This document shows positions 1 to 11,839 of a DNA stretch of 64,000 nt, piece after piece. How positions within the stretch are numbered: position 1 is the stretch's first letter; the number at the start of each line of letters is the position of its first letter. The notes beneath the pieces were generated by a model that saw nothing but the letters and a program-made list of their open reading frames with translations, had not been told where the DNA came from and did not search any database. The position numbers and the translations under genes were made by a program. The stretch comes from an uncultured Actinomycetota bacterium (GTDB lineage: Bacteria; Actinomycetota; Actinomycetes; Actinomycetales; Microbacteriaceae), in NCBI GenBank assembly GCA_963848065.1, contig CAWKBZ010000003.1, positions 13,147-77,146 of the forward strand, in the 5' to 3' direction.

Positions 1-86
1 GCAAGCGCGGGAAGTCGAGGCGCACCGAACAGCAACAGGATGACGACAAGAACAATGACGCCGGTCCAGCCGGAGAGGTTAGGCAT
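1..86 (-). CDS. tatA: Twin-arginine translocase subunit TatA/E; N-terminal part only, gene runs off the left edge
   Basis: Minus-strand ATG at 84-86 gives MPNLSGWTGVIVLVVILLLFGAPRLPAL, the TatA TM helix plus FG-P hinge. AAGGA lies ~9 nt upstream. It follows pafBC as in mycobacteria. Confidence 0.75.
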   Translation of the reverse strand, partial: MPNLSGWTGVIVLVVILLLFGAPRLPAL

Positions 87-259
87 ATGCGGACATCCTT
101 TTCAAAATAGCGGGTGCGTGCACCATTTTAGTCCCGTACCGGAGTATTGCCTGCATGCTGCCGTGTCTGCTCCCCGGCAGTGACCGCGCCCGGAAGGCAC
201 GCCGGCGCCCGGGCGCCCGGGCGCGGATGTCCCGAGAGGGCGCGGTTGCCACAATCGTG

Positions 260-1228
260 CTACTCGTACCGTGCGGCACCGGCGGCTGCCCACTCGGCGA
301 CGGCGCGTCGCGCGCCGTCCGGCGCGATCACGGTCGCGGCCCCTGGCATTGCCGCGATGAGTCGCTTGAGGCCGTGAAAATGTGAAACCCGAACGGTGGT
401 TCGAACCCTGCCCTCTGCGTCCGCTGCCTCGATGCCCTCAGGCAGATAGTCGGCCAGGAGGGGCAGGGAGGCCGCGGACACCTCGATGGTCACAGCCAGG
501 TCGTCTGCCGAGGGTTCGAACAGCGTGTCGGGAAGGGCAACCTCGCCCGCACGTCGGGCAATCGGTTCCGTGGAGACAACCGGGTTCGACATCCGGTCGA
601 GCCGGAAGGTGCGTACGGCCTCGCGGAGATGGCACCAGGCCCGCAGGTACCAGTCGGCATCGAGTGATTCGACCCGCAGCGGGTCCACCCGACGGCGCTC
701 GTGGTCACCACGCGAGGTCTGGTAGTCGAACTCGAACTGTTTGCCTGAGGCGACGGATTCACGGATGAGCGCGAGGGACGCATCCGTCTCGGTCGCCTCG
801 ACGGCGACCGGATTCGGAGCCGCGGATGCTCCGCGCGACAGTTTCGCCATGAGGGAGGCGACCGCGGCACGGTCGGCATGCTCAGGCAGCGCCGACAGGT
901 ACTGGAGCCCCGCGATGAGCGCGGCAGCCTCGCGTGCCGAGAACCGCGGCGCTTCGTCGATGGCGACGCGGTGCGTGAGCACGATGTGGTCGTTCTCCTC
1001 GAGGTCATCCCACGAGATGTCGAAAAGGTCGCCGTCGAGGTACTGGGCTGTCTCGCCCGGGATGCCGGAGACACCGATCAGGCGCACCGCGGTTCGGATC
1101 TGTTCCGGCTCCATGCCGAAGTGGTGTGCGACATCGCTCACGCTGATGCGGTCGTGATCCATGAGGTAGGGCACGAGGGAGAGCAGGAAGGTGAGCTTGT
1201 CCTGCGCCTGAAGCGGACGATCAGCCAT
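260..1228 (-). CDS. pafC: PafC-like wHTH/WYL transcriptional regulator
   Basis: 322-aa ORF. wHTH (ISVSDVAHHFGMEPEQIRTAVRLI) plus WYL-type region (FEFDYQTSRGDHERRRVDPLRVESLDADWYLRAWC). Overlaps the upstream paralog by 8 nt. PafB-PafC-TatA gene order. Confidence 0.75.
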   Translation of the reverse strand: MADRPLQAQDKLTFLLSLVPYLMDHDRISVSDVAHHFGMEPEQIRTAVRLIGVSGIPGETAQYLDGDLFDISWDDLEENDHIVLTHRVAIDEAPRFSAREAAALIAGLQYLSALPEHADRAAVASLMAKLSRGASAAPNPVAVEATETDASLALIRESVASGKQFEFDYQTSRGDHERRRVDPLRVESLDADWYLRAWCHLREAVRTFRLDRMSNPVVSTEPIARRAGEVALPDTLFEPSADDLAVTIEVSAASLPLLADYLPEGIEAADAEGRVRTTVRVSHFHGLKRLIAAMPGAATVIAPDGARRAVAEWAAAGAARYE

Positions 1229-2213
1229 GAGCCGCCGCCGTTCCGGTCAGCCGGGTACGCACAGCGTCGCGCAGTGCGGGCGGGGAGACGACCAGCACCT
1301 CGGGGCCATAGCCCGCCAGTTCGTCGGCGATGAGCGCGAGGTCACTGTAGTGCAGTTGCAGCGCACCCGAATCGAGAACGGTTGTTCCCCTGCGCTTGTG
1401 CAGGCGGGTTGCCGCATCCGATTCGTGCACGACCTCGACGACCGCGGTGCGCTCGTTCCAGATGCGGTCGAGCTCCGCGAAAGCGTGGGTTGTTGCATCC
1501 TCCGGAAAGCCCTCGAAGCGCGTCGTTGTTGCCGTGACGGGTGAAACAATGCGCTGGAGCAGGAAATTGCGTGACGCATCCGCGTCCTGGTCGTGGGCAT
1601 GCAGCAGCCAGCGACCGTGGTGCTGGAGCAGCGCAATCGGCGCAACCGTGCGGGTGCGCGGCTGCTGCTCCCCCGGCTTGAGGTAGTCAAACCGAACGAT
1701 GACCTTCTTCTCCAGTGCGCTGTTGAGCGGTTCGAAAGCCGCATCACGTACGCGCAACCGCGGGGCGTAGCCGACGACAGGTTCCACGGAAATCTCGCCG
1801 AGCGACTTCAGTTTGACCAGGGCGCGGCGCGACTCGGCCGACAGGGTGCCCTCCCGCCACACCATCGCGGCGAGATTCAGCAGCGTCGTCTCCTCCGCCG
1901 AGAACCTGACATCCGCCGGCAATTCGTAGGCTCCGCGCGGAATCCGGTAGCGCAGGTTCTGGTTGTTGCCCGGCTGGTCCGGCTGTTCGATCGTCTCCAG
2001 CGGCACTCCGAGTTCGCGGATGTCATCCTTGTCCCGCTCGAACTGCCGCTCCAGGTTCGCGTTGTCGCCGGAGTGCACGTAGCGCGATCGATACCCCTGC
2101 ACGGTAGAGAGAATCTCGTGCTTTGTCAGGCCCTTCTCGGTCGCGAGCAGCGCGAGAACAAGGCTGAAGAGCCGCTCCTCGACCGGGACCTTGAGGGGAC
2201 TCGCTGCCGACAC
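1221..2213 (-). CDS. pafB: PafB-like wHTH/WYL transcriptional regulator
   Basis: 330-aa paralog of the gene above. wHTH (GLTKHEILSTVQGY) plus WYL region (VIVRFDYLKPGEQQPRTRTVAPIALLQHHGRWLLHA). Confidence 0.75.
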   Translation of the reverse strand: MSAASPLKVPVEERLFSLVLALLATEKGLTKHEILSTVQGYRSRYVHSGDNANLERQFERDKDDIRELGVPLETIEQPDQPGNNQNLRYRIPRGAYELPADVRFSAEETTLLNLAAMVWREGTLSAESRRALVKLKSLGEISVEPVVGYAPRLRVRDAAFEPLNSALEKKVIVRFDYLKPGEQQPRTRTVAPIALLQHHGRWLLHAHDQDADASRNFLLQRIVSPVTATTTRFEGFPEDATTHAFAELDRIWNERTAVVEVVHESDAATRLHKRRGTTVLDSGALQLHYSDLALIADELAGYGPEVLVVSPPALRDAVRTRLTGTAAAHG

Positions 2214-2219
2214 GATCGC

Positions 2220-4824
<2,605 letters not shown>

Positions 4825-4926
4825 GACCAGCAATTCTAGTTGTCGCAGAGCGCCGGACGATGCGTCACGGCGGCTGGCGCCAACTATCCTTAGGTGTAAG
4901 GCAAGAGCGACCGCAGAAGGATTTTT

Positions 4927-5821
4927 GTGCCAGACAAGTCGACATTCACGAGCGGGAGGCTCCTCGTCGTCGCGTTCGAAGGCTGGAACGACGCCGGCGA
5001 AGCCGCGAGCGCTGCGGTGAGAATGCTCAAGGACGGCCTCGATGTCTATCCCGTCGCCGAGGTCGACCCGGAGGACTACTTCGACTACCAGTTCAACCGT
5101 CCGAGTGTCGTCATGGACGAGGAGGGCTCGCGCCAGCTCGTCTGGCCGAGCGTCACTGCCTACGCGCCGGTGAACCCCAGCGATGGTCGCAAGAGCAACA
5201 TCTACCTGCTCGCCGGTACTGAACCGTCCCGCGGCTGGCAGACTTTCGCCGCCGAAATTCTCGAGGTTGCTGAGGATGCCGAGATCACGGGGAATGATCC
5301 TGCTCGGAGCGCTGCTCGCGGATGTTCCGCACACCAGGCCGATCTCGGTTTTCGTCAGCAGCGAGAACACTGCGGTTCGGGACGAACTCGACATTGAGCG
5401 CAGTACATACGAGGGGCCAGTCGGTATCCTCTCCGTTCTCGCGCATGCCGCGGAGAAGGCCGGAATTCCCACCGTCTCGATCTGGGCATCCGTTCCCCAC
5501 TACGTGCACAACGCTCCGTCGCCGAAAGCCACCCTCGCACTCATCGAGAAGCTCGAGGAGATCATCGAGATCGAGATTCCGCGCGGCGAACTCGTCGCAG
5601 AATCGACCGCATGGGAAACGGGGATCGATGTGCTTGCCGGTGATGACGACGATATGGCGGCCTATATCGAGCAACTCGAGCAGGCTCGTGACACTGTCGA
5701 CTCGCCGGAAGCCAGCGGCGACGCCATCGCGGAGGAATTCGAGCGCTACCTGCAGCGCCGTGACGGTAAGGACGGGCGCGGTTCTGCCGGCGATGAGCCG
5801 TGGAGACCGCCAGGCATCTAG
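4927..5821 (+). pseudogene. PAC2 (proteasome assembly chaperone 2-like) family protein; reading frame interrupted by a 1-nt indel near 5293
   Basis: ORF 4927-5397 carries the N-terminal half (LLVVAFEGWNDAGEAAS...EDAEITG). ORF 5183-5821 carries the rest in another frame (MILLGALLADVPHTRPI...SIWASVPHYV). The join EITG|MILLGALLADV is restored by removing one A at 5293-5294. Confidence 0.7.
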
Positions 5822-5833
5822 AAGAAGTACGGG

Positions 5834-6013
5834 CTAGAAGAAGTACTGGTTTCCGAAAGCTCCCGAGTTGTGATCCAGTTCGTCTTCAGAGAACGGGATC
5901 GCTTGCGATGTGTGCATCCGTTTCCAATGGACCACAGAAGCATCCTCGGCCTGCACTGCCAGATCGTTCCAATCCTCAGGATCGATGACGATCCTGGCAA
6001 GAATCTTTGTCAT
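5834..6013 (-). CDS. Small hypothetical protein (59 aa)
   Basis: ATG at 6011-6013 is preceded by GAGGAGAAAAA (strong SD). MTKILARIVIDPEDWNDLAVQAED... No family recognised. Confidence 0.4.
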   Translation of the reverse strand: MTKILARIVIDPEDWNDLAVQAEDASVVHWKRMHTSQAIPFSEDELDHNSGAFGNQYFF

Positions 6014-6156
6014 TTTTTCTCCTCGGCGCGGCACAACCGTCAAGCACCGAGGTCTTGGGTGCACTAACCACGTTACTCCCCGAGCACGGAGGGGTCGAGT
6101 TTGAGACAAATTCGTAATACGTCGGGCCGCCGGAGTGAGGCCGTACCCAACGCCAG

Positions 6157-6876
6157 CTAAAGGCTGAGTGTTCTCTCAACAACGCGGTTCGCCACGTCGC
6201 GCAAACTCTCCCCGTTGCTTCGAGCGTAAGCGCGGAGGATCGCGAAAGCCTCCTCCATATCCACACCGCGGGTCTGCGCGACCACACCCTTCGCCTGTTC
6301 GATCACGACCCGGCTGTTCAGTGCGTACTGCAATTGCTGCTGTGCGATATCACTCTCACGAAGTGCGCGCTCGTGAAGGATGCCGATCGTGGCGACATCC
6401 GCCAGGCCCTGGGCGACGGATGCGTGCTCCGGGGTGAGCTCGCCCGTCACCGCGCGGAACAGGCCGAGAGCTCCGATCGTGGTTTCCCGCAGCCTCATCG
6501 GCACCGCGTGCACCGAGCGGAAACCCTGTTCAAGCGCCTCAGTTCGGAAGTCACTCCACCGGTCGTCGAGGGCGGCAATGTCGGAGACTGCAACGGCAAC
6601 TCCAGTGGTGTAGCACTGCACGCAGGGGCCGAGCCCAGACTGTGCCTGCATCATCTCGACGAGTCGGCTCTTCTCGCTCGTGGCTGCCACGACTTCGAGG
6701 TCGTTCTCGGAATTGGCCAGAAGGATGCCCGCGGCAGAGGCGTCGAGCAGCTCCGCGCAGGTGTCCACGAGGTTTTGCAGCAGCTCCACGACGTCGTACC
6801 CGACAACCATGGTGTCCGCGAGTAACACGAAAGCGGAAGCAAGTCGACTTTCGCGCGCTTCAGAAATCACCGTCAC
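6157..6876 (-). CDS. GAF + ANTAR domain RNA-binding antiterminator-type regulator
   Basis: 239 aa. The C-terminal ANTAR signature is NSRVVIEQAKGVVAQTRGVDMEEAFAILRAYARSNGESL. The N-terminal two thirds look GAF-like. Confidence 0.8.
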   Translation of the reverse strand: MTVISEARESRLASAFVLLADTMVVGYDVVELLQNLVDTCAELLDASAAGILLANSENDLEVVAATSEKSRLVEMMQAQSGLGPCVQCYTTGVAVAVSDIAALDDRWSDFRTEALEQGFRSVHAVPMRLRETTIGALGLFRAVTGELTPEHASVAQGLADVATIGILHERALRESDIAQQQLQYALNSRVVIEQAKGVVAQTRGVDMEEAFAILRAYARSNGESLRDVANRVVERTLSL

Positions 6877-6919
6877 ATCCTATCTTTTCGCGCATCAGCA
6901 ATCAGCTTGGACTTCCCTG

Positions 6920-7630
6920 CTAATCGAACCGGAAACGTCTCTCGACCACCTCGGTTGCGAGTTCTCGAACCGTGAGTCCAGCACTGTACGCATGTGCCCG
7001 GAGCAGCAGGGCTGCATGTTCCGCACTCACGCCGAGTTGGGCGAGCACCATGCCGGTCGCTTGATGAACCACGCGCCTGCTGGTGCCGGTGTGGTCGTCC
7101 TCAAGGTGCGCAGTGCCGCTCGAATCATCCAGTGAATCACCGAACACCCGGCGGAGAACCTGCCACGCGACCAGGCGGGCGAGTACGGTCGCGTTCTCGA
7201 CCTGCAGAGCGTCGAACCTGCCCCGCCTCACCGTGTAGAAGTCGATCGCGCCGATCGCCAGCGAGCCGATGGCGAGCGGGAAGGCGAACATACCCGACAC
7301 CCTTTTCACGGCATCATCCGACTGGAGTGCCTCACTGAAGAGCGCCCACTCGGGGCGCGAGTCCTCTGCCATGTGGGGTGCGAGCACCGGCAATCGAGTT
7401 GCGAGGGCAGTCCAGCAGGGGCCTTCACCGAGGTCGAACTGGAGTTCGTCAAGCCGCATCGCCGTCGCATCCGATGCGTAGATGGTCGACTGGGCGATCG
7501 GTCCCGCGAGGACGGAAACGGCTGCCCCGTCAATGGGAAGCACCCGGAGGAACGGTTCGCACAGCCCGCTGGCGTTCAGGTGGGAGGAGGCGATCGCCCG
7601 GCGCGCGTCGTCGAAGTCGAAGTCGCTCAT
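6920..7630 (-). CDS. GAF + ANTAR domain regulator (second tandem paralog)
   Basis: 236 aa. C-terminal HQATGMVLAQLGVSAEHAALLLRAHAYSAGLTVRELA is ANTAR-like. N-terminal part is GAF-like. Confidence 0.75.
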   Translation of the reverse strand: MSDFDFDDARRAIASSHLNASGLCEPFLRVLPIDGAAVSVLAGPIAQSTIYASDATAMRLDELQFDLGEGPCWTALATRLPVLAPHMAEDSRPEWALFSEALQSDDAVKRVSGMFAFPLAIGSLAIGAIDFYTVRRGRFDALQVENATVLARLVAWQVLRRVFGDSLDDSSGTAHLEDDHTGTSRRVVHQATGMVLAQLGVSAEHAALLLRAHAYSAGLTVRELATEVVERRFRFD

Positions 7631-7747
7631 GGCCCGTGCGCCCGTACCTTGAACTGGACAGTCATCGTGGCATCGCCTTTTCGCCAGCAGGCTGGTGCAC
7701 CGTGAGCGCTACTGCCAGTGAACCCAACACTACGCTTCCTTCCTGAT

Positions 7748-8599
7748 CTAGACAGGCTGCAGGGTGCCGGTTGACAGCAGCACGATGATGAAGCTTCCGA
7801 GCGCGATGCGGTAGATCACGAAGGGCAGGAAGGAGTGACGCGAAATGTAGTTGAGGAAGAACGCGATCACTCCGAAGGCCACGGCGCCCGCAACCACCGT
7901 GGCGACCGCAGTCTCAAGAGGGCTGAAGATCTCCGGCGCGCAACCGGTCGCGATGTCGATGCACGGTTGGGTCGTGACCTTGTACAGCTGGTAGAAGCCG
8001 CTGCCAAAGACTGCCGGGATGGCGAGGAGGAAGGAATAGCGCGCCGCGGCACCGCGCTCGTACCCAAGGAAGAGTCCGCCCGTTATCGTTCCGCCCGAGC
8101 GCGAGACGCCGGGGATAAGGGCGAGAGCCTGGGCGAAGCCGAAGACGATCGCGTGCGGCCAGGTGAGCTTGGTCAGCGGTCGACGCTTCGAACCAATCGC
8201 GTCGGCGATGCCGAGCAGGATGCCGAAACCGATCAGGGTGAAGGCGACAATCCAGAGGGAGCGCAGCGTTGTCTCGATCGCGGTCTGGAAGATGAGCCCG
8301 AGGATCACGATGGGCATGCTGCCGATGATGATGAACCATCCGAGCCGAACATCGGGGTCATCCTGTGGCACACGGCGACCGAGCGCCCGGAACCACTTGC
8401 TGACGATCCGTGTGATGTCGCGCCAGAAGTAGATGACGACGGCGGTCTCGGTGCCGATCTGGGTGATCGCCGTGAACGCGGCCCCGGGATCATCCCCTGC
8501 ACCGAGAAATTCCCCGACGATGCGCAGGTGCGCGCTGGAGGAGATGGGGAGGAACTCTGTCAGGCCCTGGACGAGGCCGAGGATGATCGCCTCGAACAC
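7748..8599 (-). CDS. uppP: Undecaprenyl-diphosphate phosphatase
   Basis: 283 aa, polytopic membrane protein. BacA/UppP signatures [14 protein letters not shown] and [10 protein letters not shown]. Confidence 0.9.
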   Translation of the reverse strand: MFEAIILGLVQGLTEFLPISSSAHLRIVGEFLGAGDDPGAAFTAITQIGTETAVVIYFWRDITRIVSKWFRALGRRVPQDDPDVRLGWFIIIGSMPIVILGLIFQTAIETTLRSLWIVAFTLIGFGILLGIADAIGSKRRPLTKLTWPHAIVFGFAQALALIPGVSRSGGTITGGLFLGYERGAAARYSFLLAIPAVFGSGFYQLYKVTTQPCIDIATGCAPEIFSPLETAVATVVAGAVAFGVIAFFLNYISRHSFLPFVIYRIALGSFIIVLLSTGTLQPV

Positions 8600-8613
8600 A
8601 CAAGCTCCCGGTG

Positions 8614-9968
8614 CTAGTAGTTACGGAGCAGGTCGCCGAGAACCTGCCTGCCAAAGACTAGTGCGTCAAGCGGTACCCGCTCGTCAACTCCGTGGAACAG
8701 GGCTGGAAAATCGAGATCGGCGGGAAGTCGCAGCGGGGCGAACCCGTACCCCTTGATGCCGAGCTTGGAAAGCGCCTTGTTGTCGGTGCCCCCCGAGAGC
8801 AGGTACGGCAGCACGGGAACGCCGGGATCGTGGGCCTGGAGCGTGCGGACCATCGTTTCCACGAGTTCGCCCTCGAACGGGTTCTCCAGACCGACATCGT
8901 GGTGCATCACAACGATTTCGATGTCGTCGCCCACGATCTCCTGCACTTCGGCGAGAACGGCATCCTCCTGGCCGGGAAGCGTGCGAATGTCGATCCGAGC
9001 CTCCGCACGATCGGGAATGACATTGTGCTTGTAACCGGCAGCGAGCATCGTGGGGTTGCTGGTGGTTCGCAGGGCGCCCGGAAGGAACCCGCCTCCTGTC
9101 CCTGTCGACGCGACAATCTCATCAGGGGTCATCCCGGCGTCCTGGTGCCCCAGGATGCGGGCGATCTCGTCCACAAGTTGTTGCGTGGTTGCGGTCAGTT
9201 GCACCTCCCACTCGCGCCTGCCGATTGCGGCGACCGCCTCGGCGAGCCGTGTAACAGCGTTGTCGTGAATCACGCGACTGCCGTGGGCAGCAGTGCCCCG
9301 CGCCACAAGCTTGATCCAGACGAGCGCCTTCTCACCCGTTTGCAGCACATAGGCACGCTCGCCGTTCAGTGTGAGCGAATAGCCGCCCACCTCGCTGATC
9401 GCTTCTGTTGCGCCAGCGAACAGCTCCGGATGATTGTCGACGAGATAGTGGGAGCCGAAGACTCCCCGTTCTCCTCGTCGGCGAAGAACGCAATGGTGAG
9501 GTTTCGTGCCGGCAGGCGGCCGGAGCCCAGGATGTCGGTGAGCGCGCCGATCATCATGGCATCCATGTTCTTCATGTCGACGGCGCCGCGGCCCCAGAGC
9601 ATGCCATCCCTGATTTCGCCTGCGAACGGGTCGACGCTCCAGTTCGCCGGATCGGCGGGGACGACATCGAGGTGGCCGTGCACGACAAGCCCCGGACGGT
9701 CGGAATGCTCGCCTTCGACCTGGGCGATCACCGAGGTGCGGCCAGGTTCGGAGTCGAAGTACTTCACCCCAAGGCCAAGGGATTCAAGGAGTGAACCCAC
9801 ATATTCTGCCGCGTCGGTCTCGCCGTTTGAGACCCCCTCGCCGTAGTTCGAGGTGTCGAACTGGATGAGACGCTGGGCAATCGCGGCGGTTTCTTCGAGC
9901 ATGCCGATAACGCTACCGTTCGCGCTCAGGAACGTCGTGCTGGCAGGGTCGAGTGCCCCGCCCAGCAT
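8614..9968 (-). pseudogene. M20/M25/M40 family metallopeptidase; frame interrupted at a G4/C4 run (9464-9467)
   Basis: ORF 9366-9968 gives HGHLDVVPA...GRGAVDMKN...FFADEENG. ORF 8614-9390 continues in another frame (VFGSHYLVDNHPELFAGATEAISEVGGYSLTLNG...). One extra G in AACGGGG|AGTC restores a single ~450-aa protein. Confidence 0.75.
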
Positions 9969-10013
9969 GCTATTCTCGTACGTCGGCAGGTTCTCATGGA
10001 GCCCGTCGATTGC

Positions 10014-10097
10014 GCGCGGATGGCGGAAATGGCAGACGCGCTAGCTTGAGGTGCTAGTGCCCTAACGGGCGTGGGGGTTCAAGTCCCCCTTCGCGCA
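10014..10097 (+). tRNA. tRNA-Leu, anticodon GAG (class II, long variable arm; CCA not encoded)
   Basis: Manual fold. Acceptor GCGCGGA/TTCGCGC (one G-U), D-arm GGCGGAAATGGCAGACGC, anticodon stem CTAGC/GCTAG with loop TTGAGGT, variable arm TGCCCTAACGGGCGT, T-arm GGGGG-TTCAAGT-CCCCC. Near-identical in layout to E. coli tRNA-Leu. Confidence 0.9.
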
Positions 10098-10120
10098 CTG
10101 TTGTTGAGACAGCAGGAATC

Positions 10121-10147
10121 GGCCCCGGTGAGTAACTCACCGGGGCC
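10121..10147. terminator. Perfect 12-bp hairpin between tRNA-Leu and the convergent EEP gene (likely bidirectional terminator)
   Basis: GGCCCCGGTGAG-TAA-CTCACCGGGGCC. Located 24 nt after the tRNA 3' end and 5 nt from the stop codon of the minus-strand gene. Confidence 0.55.
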
Positions 10148-10151
10148 GGTC

Positions 10152-10910
10152 TCATTCCCTGGCGTCTTCCCTCGCGTCGCGGTACGAGCTCCGGACGAAA
10201 ATCGGCATGTGGTCAGATCTGTCTCTCGGCAGCGTTTGCACCTTCTCGATGTTGAGTCCCGACGAGGTCACGAAATCGAAGTGGCCCTTGAAGAACTTGT
10301 AACGGGTGTAGGTGTTGCTGTCGCTGAGCGAGAGGTCGTACCCGGTCACACCGACGCGCTCGCTCAACCGGTCTTTGAAGAACGGGTAGTTGTAGTCGCC
10401 GACCATGAGCATCGGGACGCCCTCCCCGAGCCCGTGCAGGGCGGCATGCGCGGCCTTGATCTGGTTGCGTCGAAGGGAATTGAGAGCGGTCAGCGGTGCC
10501 GCGTGGAAGGACGCGACAATGAGATCCCTGCTTTCCTGGAGATCGGTGAGGCGCGTGCCGAGCAGACGTTCGTGAGCGGGCGTGAAGAGGCGATCGTGCA
10601 GCGACTTCTTCAACTCGAACGCCGTTGTTGACACCGCCGTGAAGCGATTTCTCCGGTAGTAGAGAGCCAGTCCAAGACGATTGCGTTTGGTCGAGTCGGC
10701 GAGATGAAGATGAGAGATCTCCGCCGGCAGCGCGGTGGTGTCACACTCCTGAAGGCAGAGCACGTCGAGGTCGAACTCCTCGGTGAGCGCAACGAGTTCA
10801 CCCACGGCCTGGTGCTTCCTGAGGTTGTAGCTGATGACGCGGATGGTGTCCCCTGCTGTCTCGATCTGGCGGGCCGATATCGCGGGCCATCGAAGTGGTC
10901 TGCCCGACAA
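10152..10910 (-). CDS. Endonuclease/exonuclease/phosphatase (EEP) family protein
   Basis: 252 aa. IRVISYNLRKH...DVLCLQECD...MVGDYNY...SDHMPIFV are the EEP catalytic motifs. Confidence 0.8.
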   Translation of the reverse strand: MSGRPLRWPAISARQIETAGDTIRVISYNLRKHQAVGELVALTEEFDLDVLCLQECDTTALPAEISHLHLADSTKRNRLGLALYYRRNRFTAVSTTAFELKKSLHDRLFTPAHERLLGTRLTDLQESRDLIVASFHAAPLTALNSLRRNQIKAAHAALHGLGEGVPMLMVGDYNYPFFKDRLSERVGVTGYDLSLSDSNTYTRYKFFKGHFDFVTSSGLNIEKVQTLPRDRSDHMPIFVRSSYRDAREDARE

Positions 10911-11033
10911 GTTTACCCACCGACCTCATTTCGGTGGCCTGCGGGCGCAGCGCCACCCATTGCCGCCCAGGTGATCAGCTGCCTAACGTGAGAGTGGGAA
11001 AGGAGCAGCCTTTCCGCTAAGAGAGGATGCGTC

Positions 11034-11249
11034 ATGAGCGACCCGGAACTGACCCCGAGCTTCGATGAGAACCAACCGGAGAACGGTGAACCAGGGCACG
11101 CGAAGCCCCAAGATGTCGACACGGATGACGACACGGATGACGAAACGATTACGGGCTCGGATGGTGCGGAGCGCGACATCCACTACCCCGACTCTGACAT
11201 CACAGAAGCTGGTGCGCCGGACGATTTCGAGGATGGCGTCGTCGGCTGA
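11034..11249 (+). CDS. Small highly acidic hypothetical protein (71 aa)
   Basis: ATG has GAGAGGA 6 nt upstream. Asp/Glu-rich low-complexity product. No family recognised. Confidence 0.35.
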   Translation: MSDPELTPSFDENQPENGEPGHAKPQDVDTDDDTDDETITGSDGAERDIHYPDSDITEAGAPDDFEDGVVG

Positions 11250-11535
11250 CAGCACACGCTCGCCTTCACAAATTGTGCTGTGCAAGGGCTTGATTGCGCG
11301 GGCGAGGTGCGGTGGTGTTGGAGCGAGGCTAAGGAGCAGTGAAGTACCCCATGGAAACACCCGAGCAGCACGCAGGACAGCACGCAGGACAGCAATCACC
11401 TACCGAGCCCCCCGGCTCCGCACCAGATCGAACACACGTTGACGACGGCCGCATGGCGGTGCCCGAAAGCGGCGACGCTGGCCTGCCAACCGTGCCGTGG
11501 ATCGAAGCTGCGGACTGACTCGCTAACGTGGGGGC

Positions 11536-11814
11536 ATGAGCTCCGATCCGATACGCCGTCGCGCGATCATCCGCGGCAGTGTTCAGGGTGTTGGTTTCCG
11601 GGCGAGCACGCGAGTTCAAGCGCGGCGCCTCGGGCTGTCGGGTTCGGCGCGCAACCTGCCCGACGGGTCTGTCGAAGTGCAGGTCGAGGGCCCCGAGCCC
11701 CACGTGGACGAGCTCATCCGGTGGTTGAACGTCGGGCCTGTGTGGGCACAGGTGGAGGGCGTTCAGGTGGATGACGTGGCGCCCCGCGGCGGGTCCGGGT
11801 TCGACATCAGCTGA
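11536..11814 (+). CDS. acyP: Acylphosphatase
   Basis: 92 aa. IIRGSVQGVGFRASTRVQARRLGLSGSARNLPDGSVEVQVEG is the acylphosphatase signature. Confidence 0.85.
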   Translation: MSSDPIRRRAIIRGSVQGVGFRASTRVQARRLGLSGSARNLPDGSVEVQVEGPEPHVDELIRWLNVGPVWAQVEGVQVDDVAPRGGSGFDIS

Positions 11815-11839
11815 TCGGGCCGTGAAGTAGCCTGAACCA

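Noticed and set aside
5285-5300. Programmed ribosomal frameshifting as an explanation for the PAC2, M20 or hsd frame changes
   Set aside because: There is no slippery heptamer or downstream structure at the switch sites. The number and irregular spacing of switches, up to 5 in 200 nt in hsdR, is incompatible with recoding.
4825-5472. N-terminal 216-codon extension of the HAD hydrolase ORF
   Set aside because: The extension has no HAD similarity and is antisense to the well-supported PAC2 gene. The conserved DxDxT motif starts a few codons after GTG 4824.
10014-10097. tRNA-Leu as the integration site of the defence island
   Set aside because: The tRNA is ~22 kb from the island's left border, with ordinary high-G+C genes in between. 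No integrase is present, and no tRNA 3'-end duplicate was seen near 32.7 or 48.2 kb.
11351-11518. 55-aa plus-strand ORF (METPEQHAGQHAGQQSP...) upstream of acyP
   Set aside because: It is below the track threshold. AAGGAG lies ~14 nt upstream, which is too far. The product is low-complexity and there is no supporting homology.
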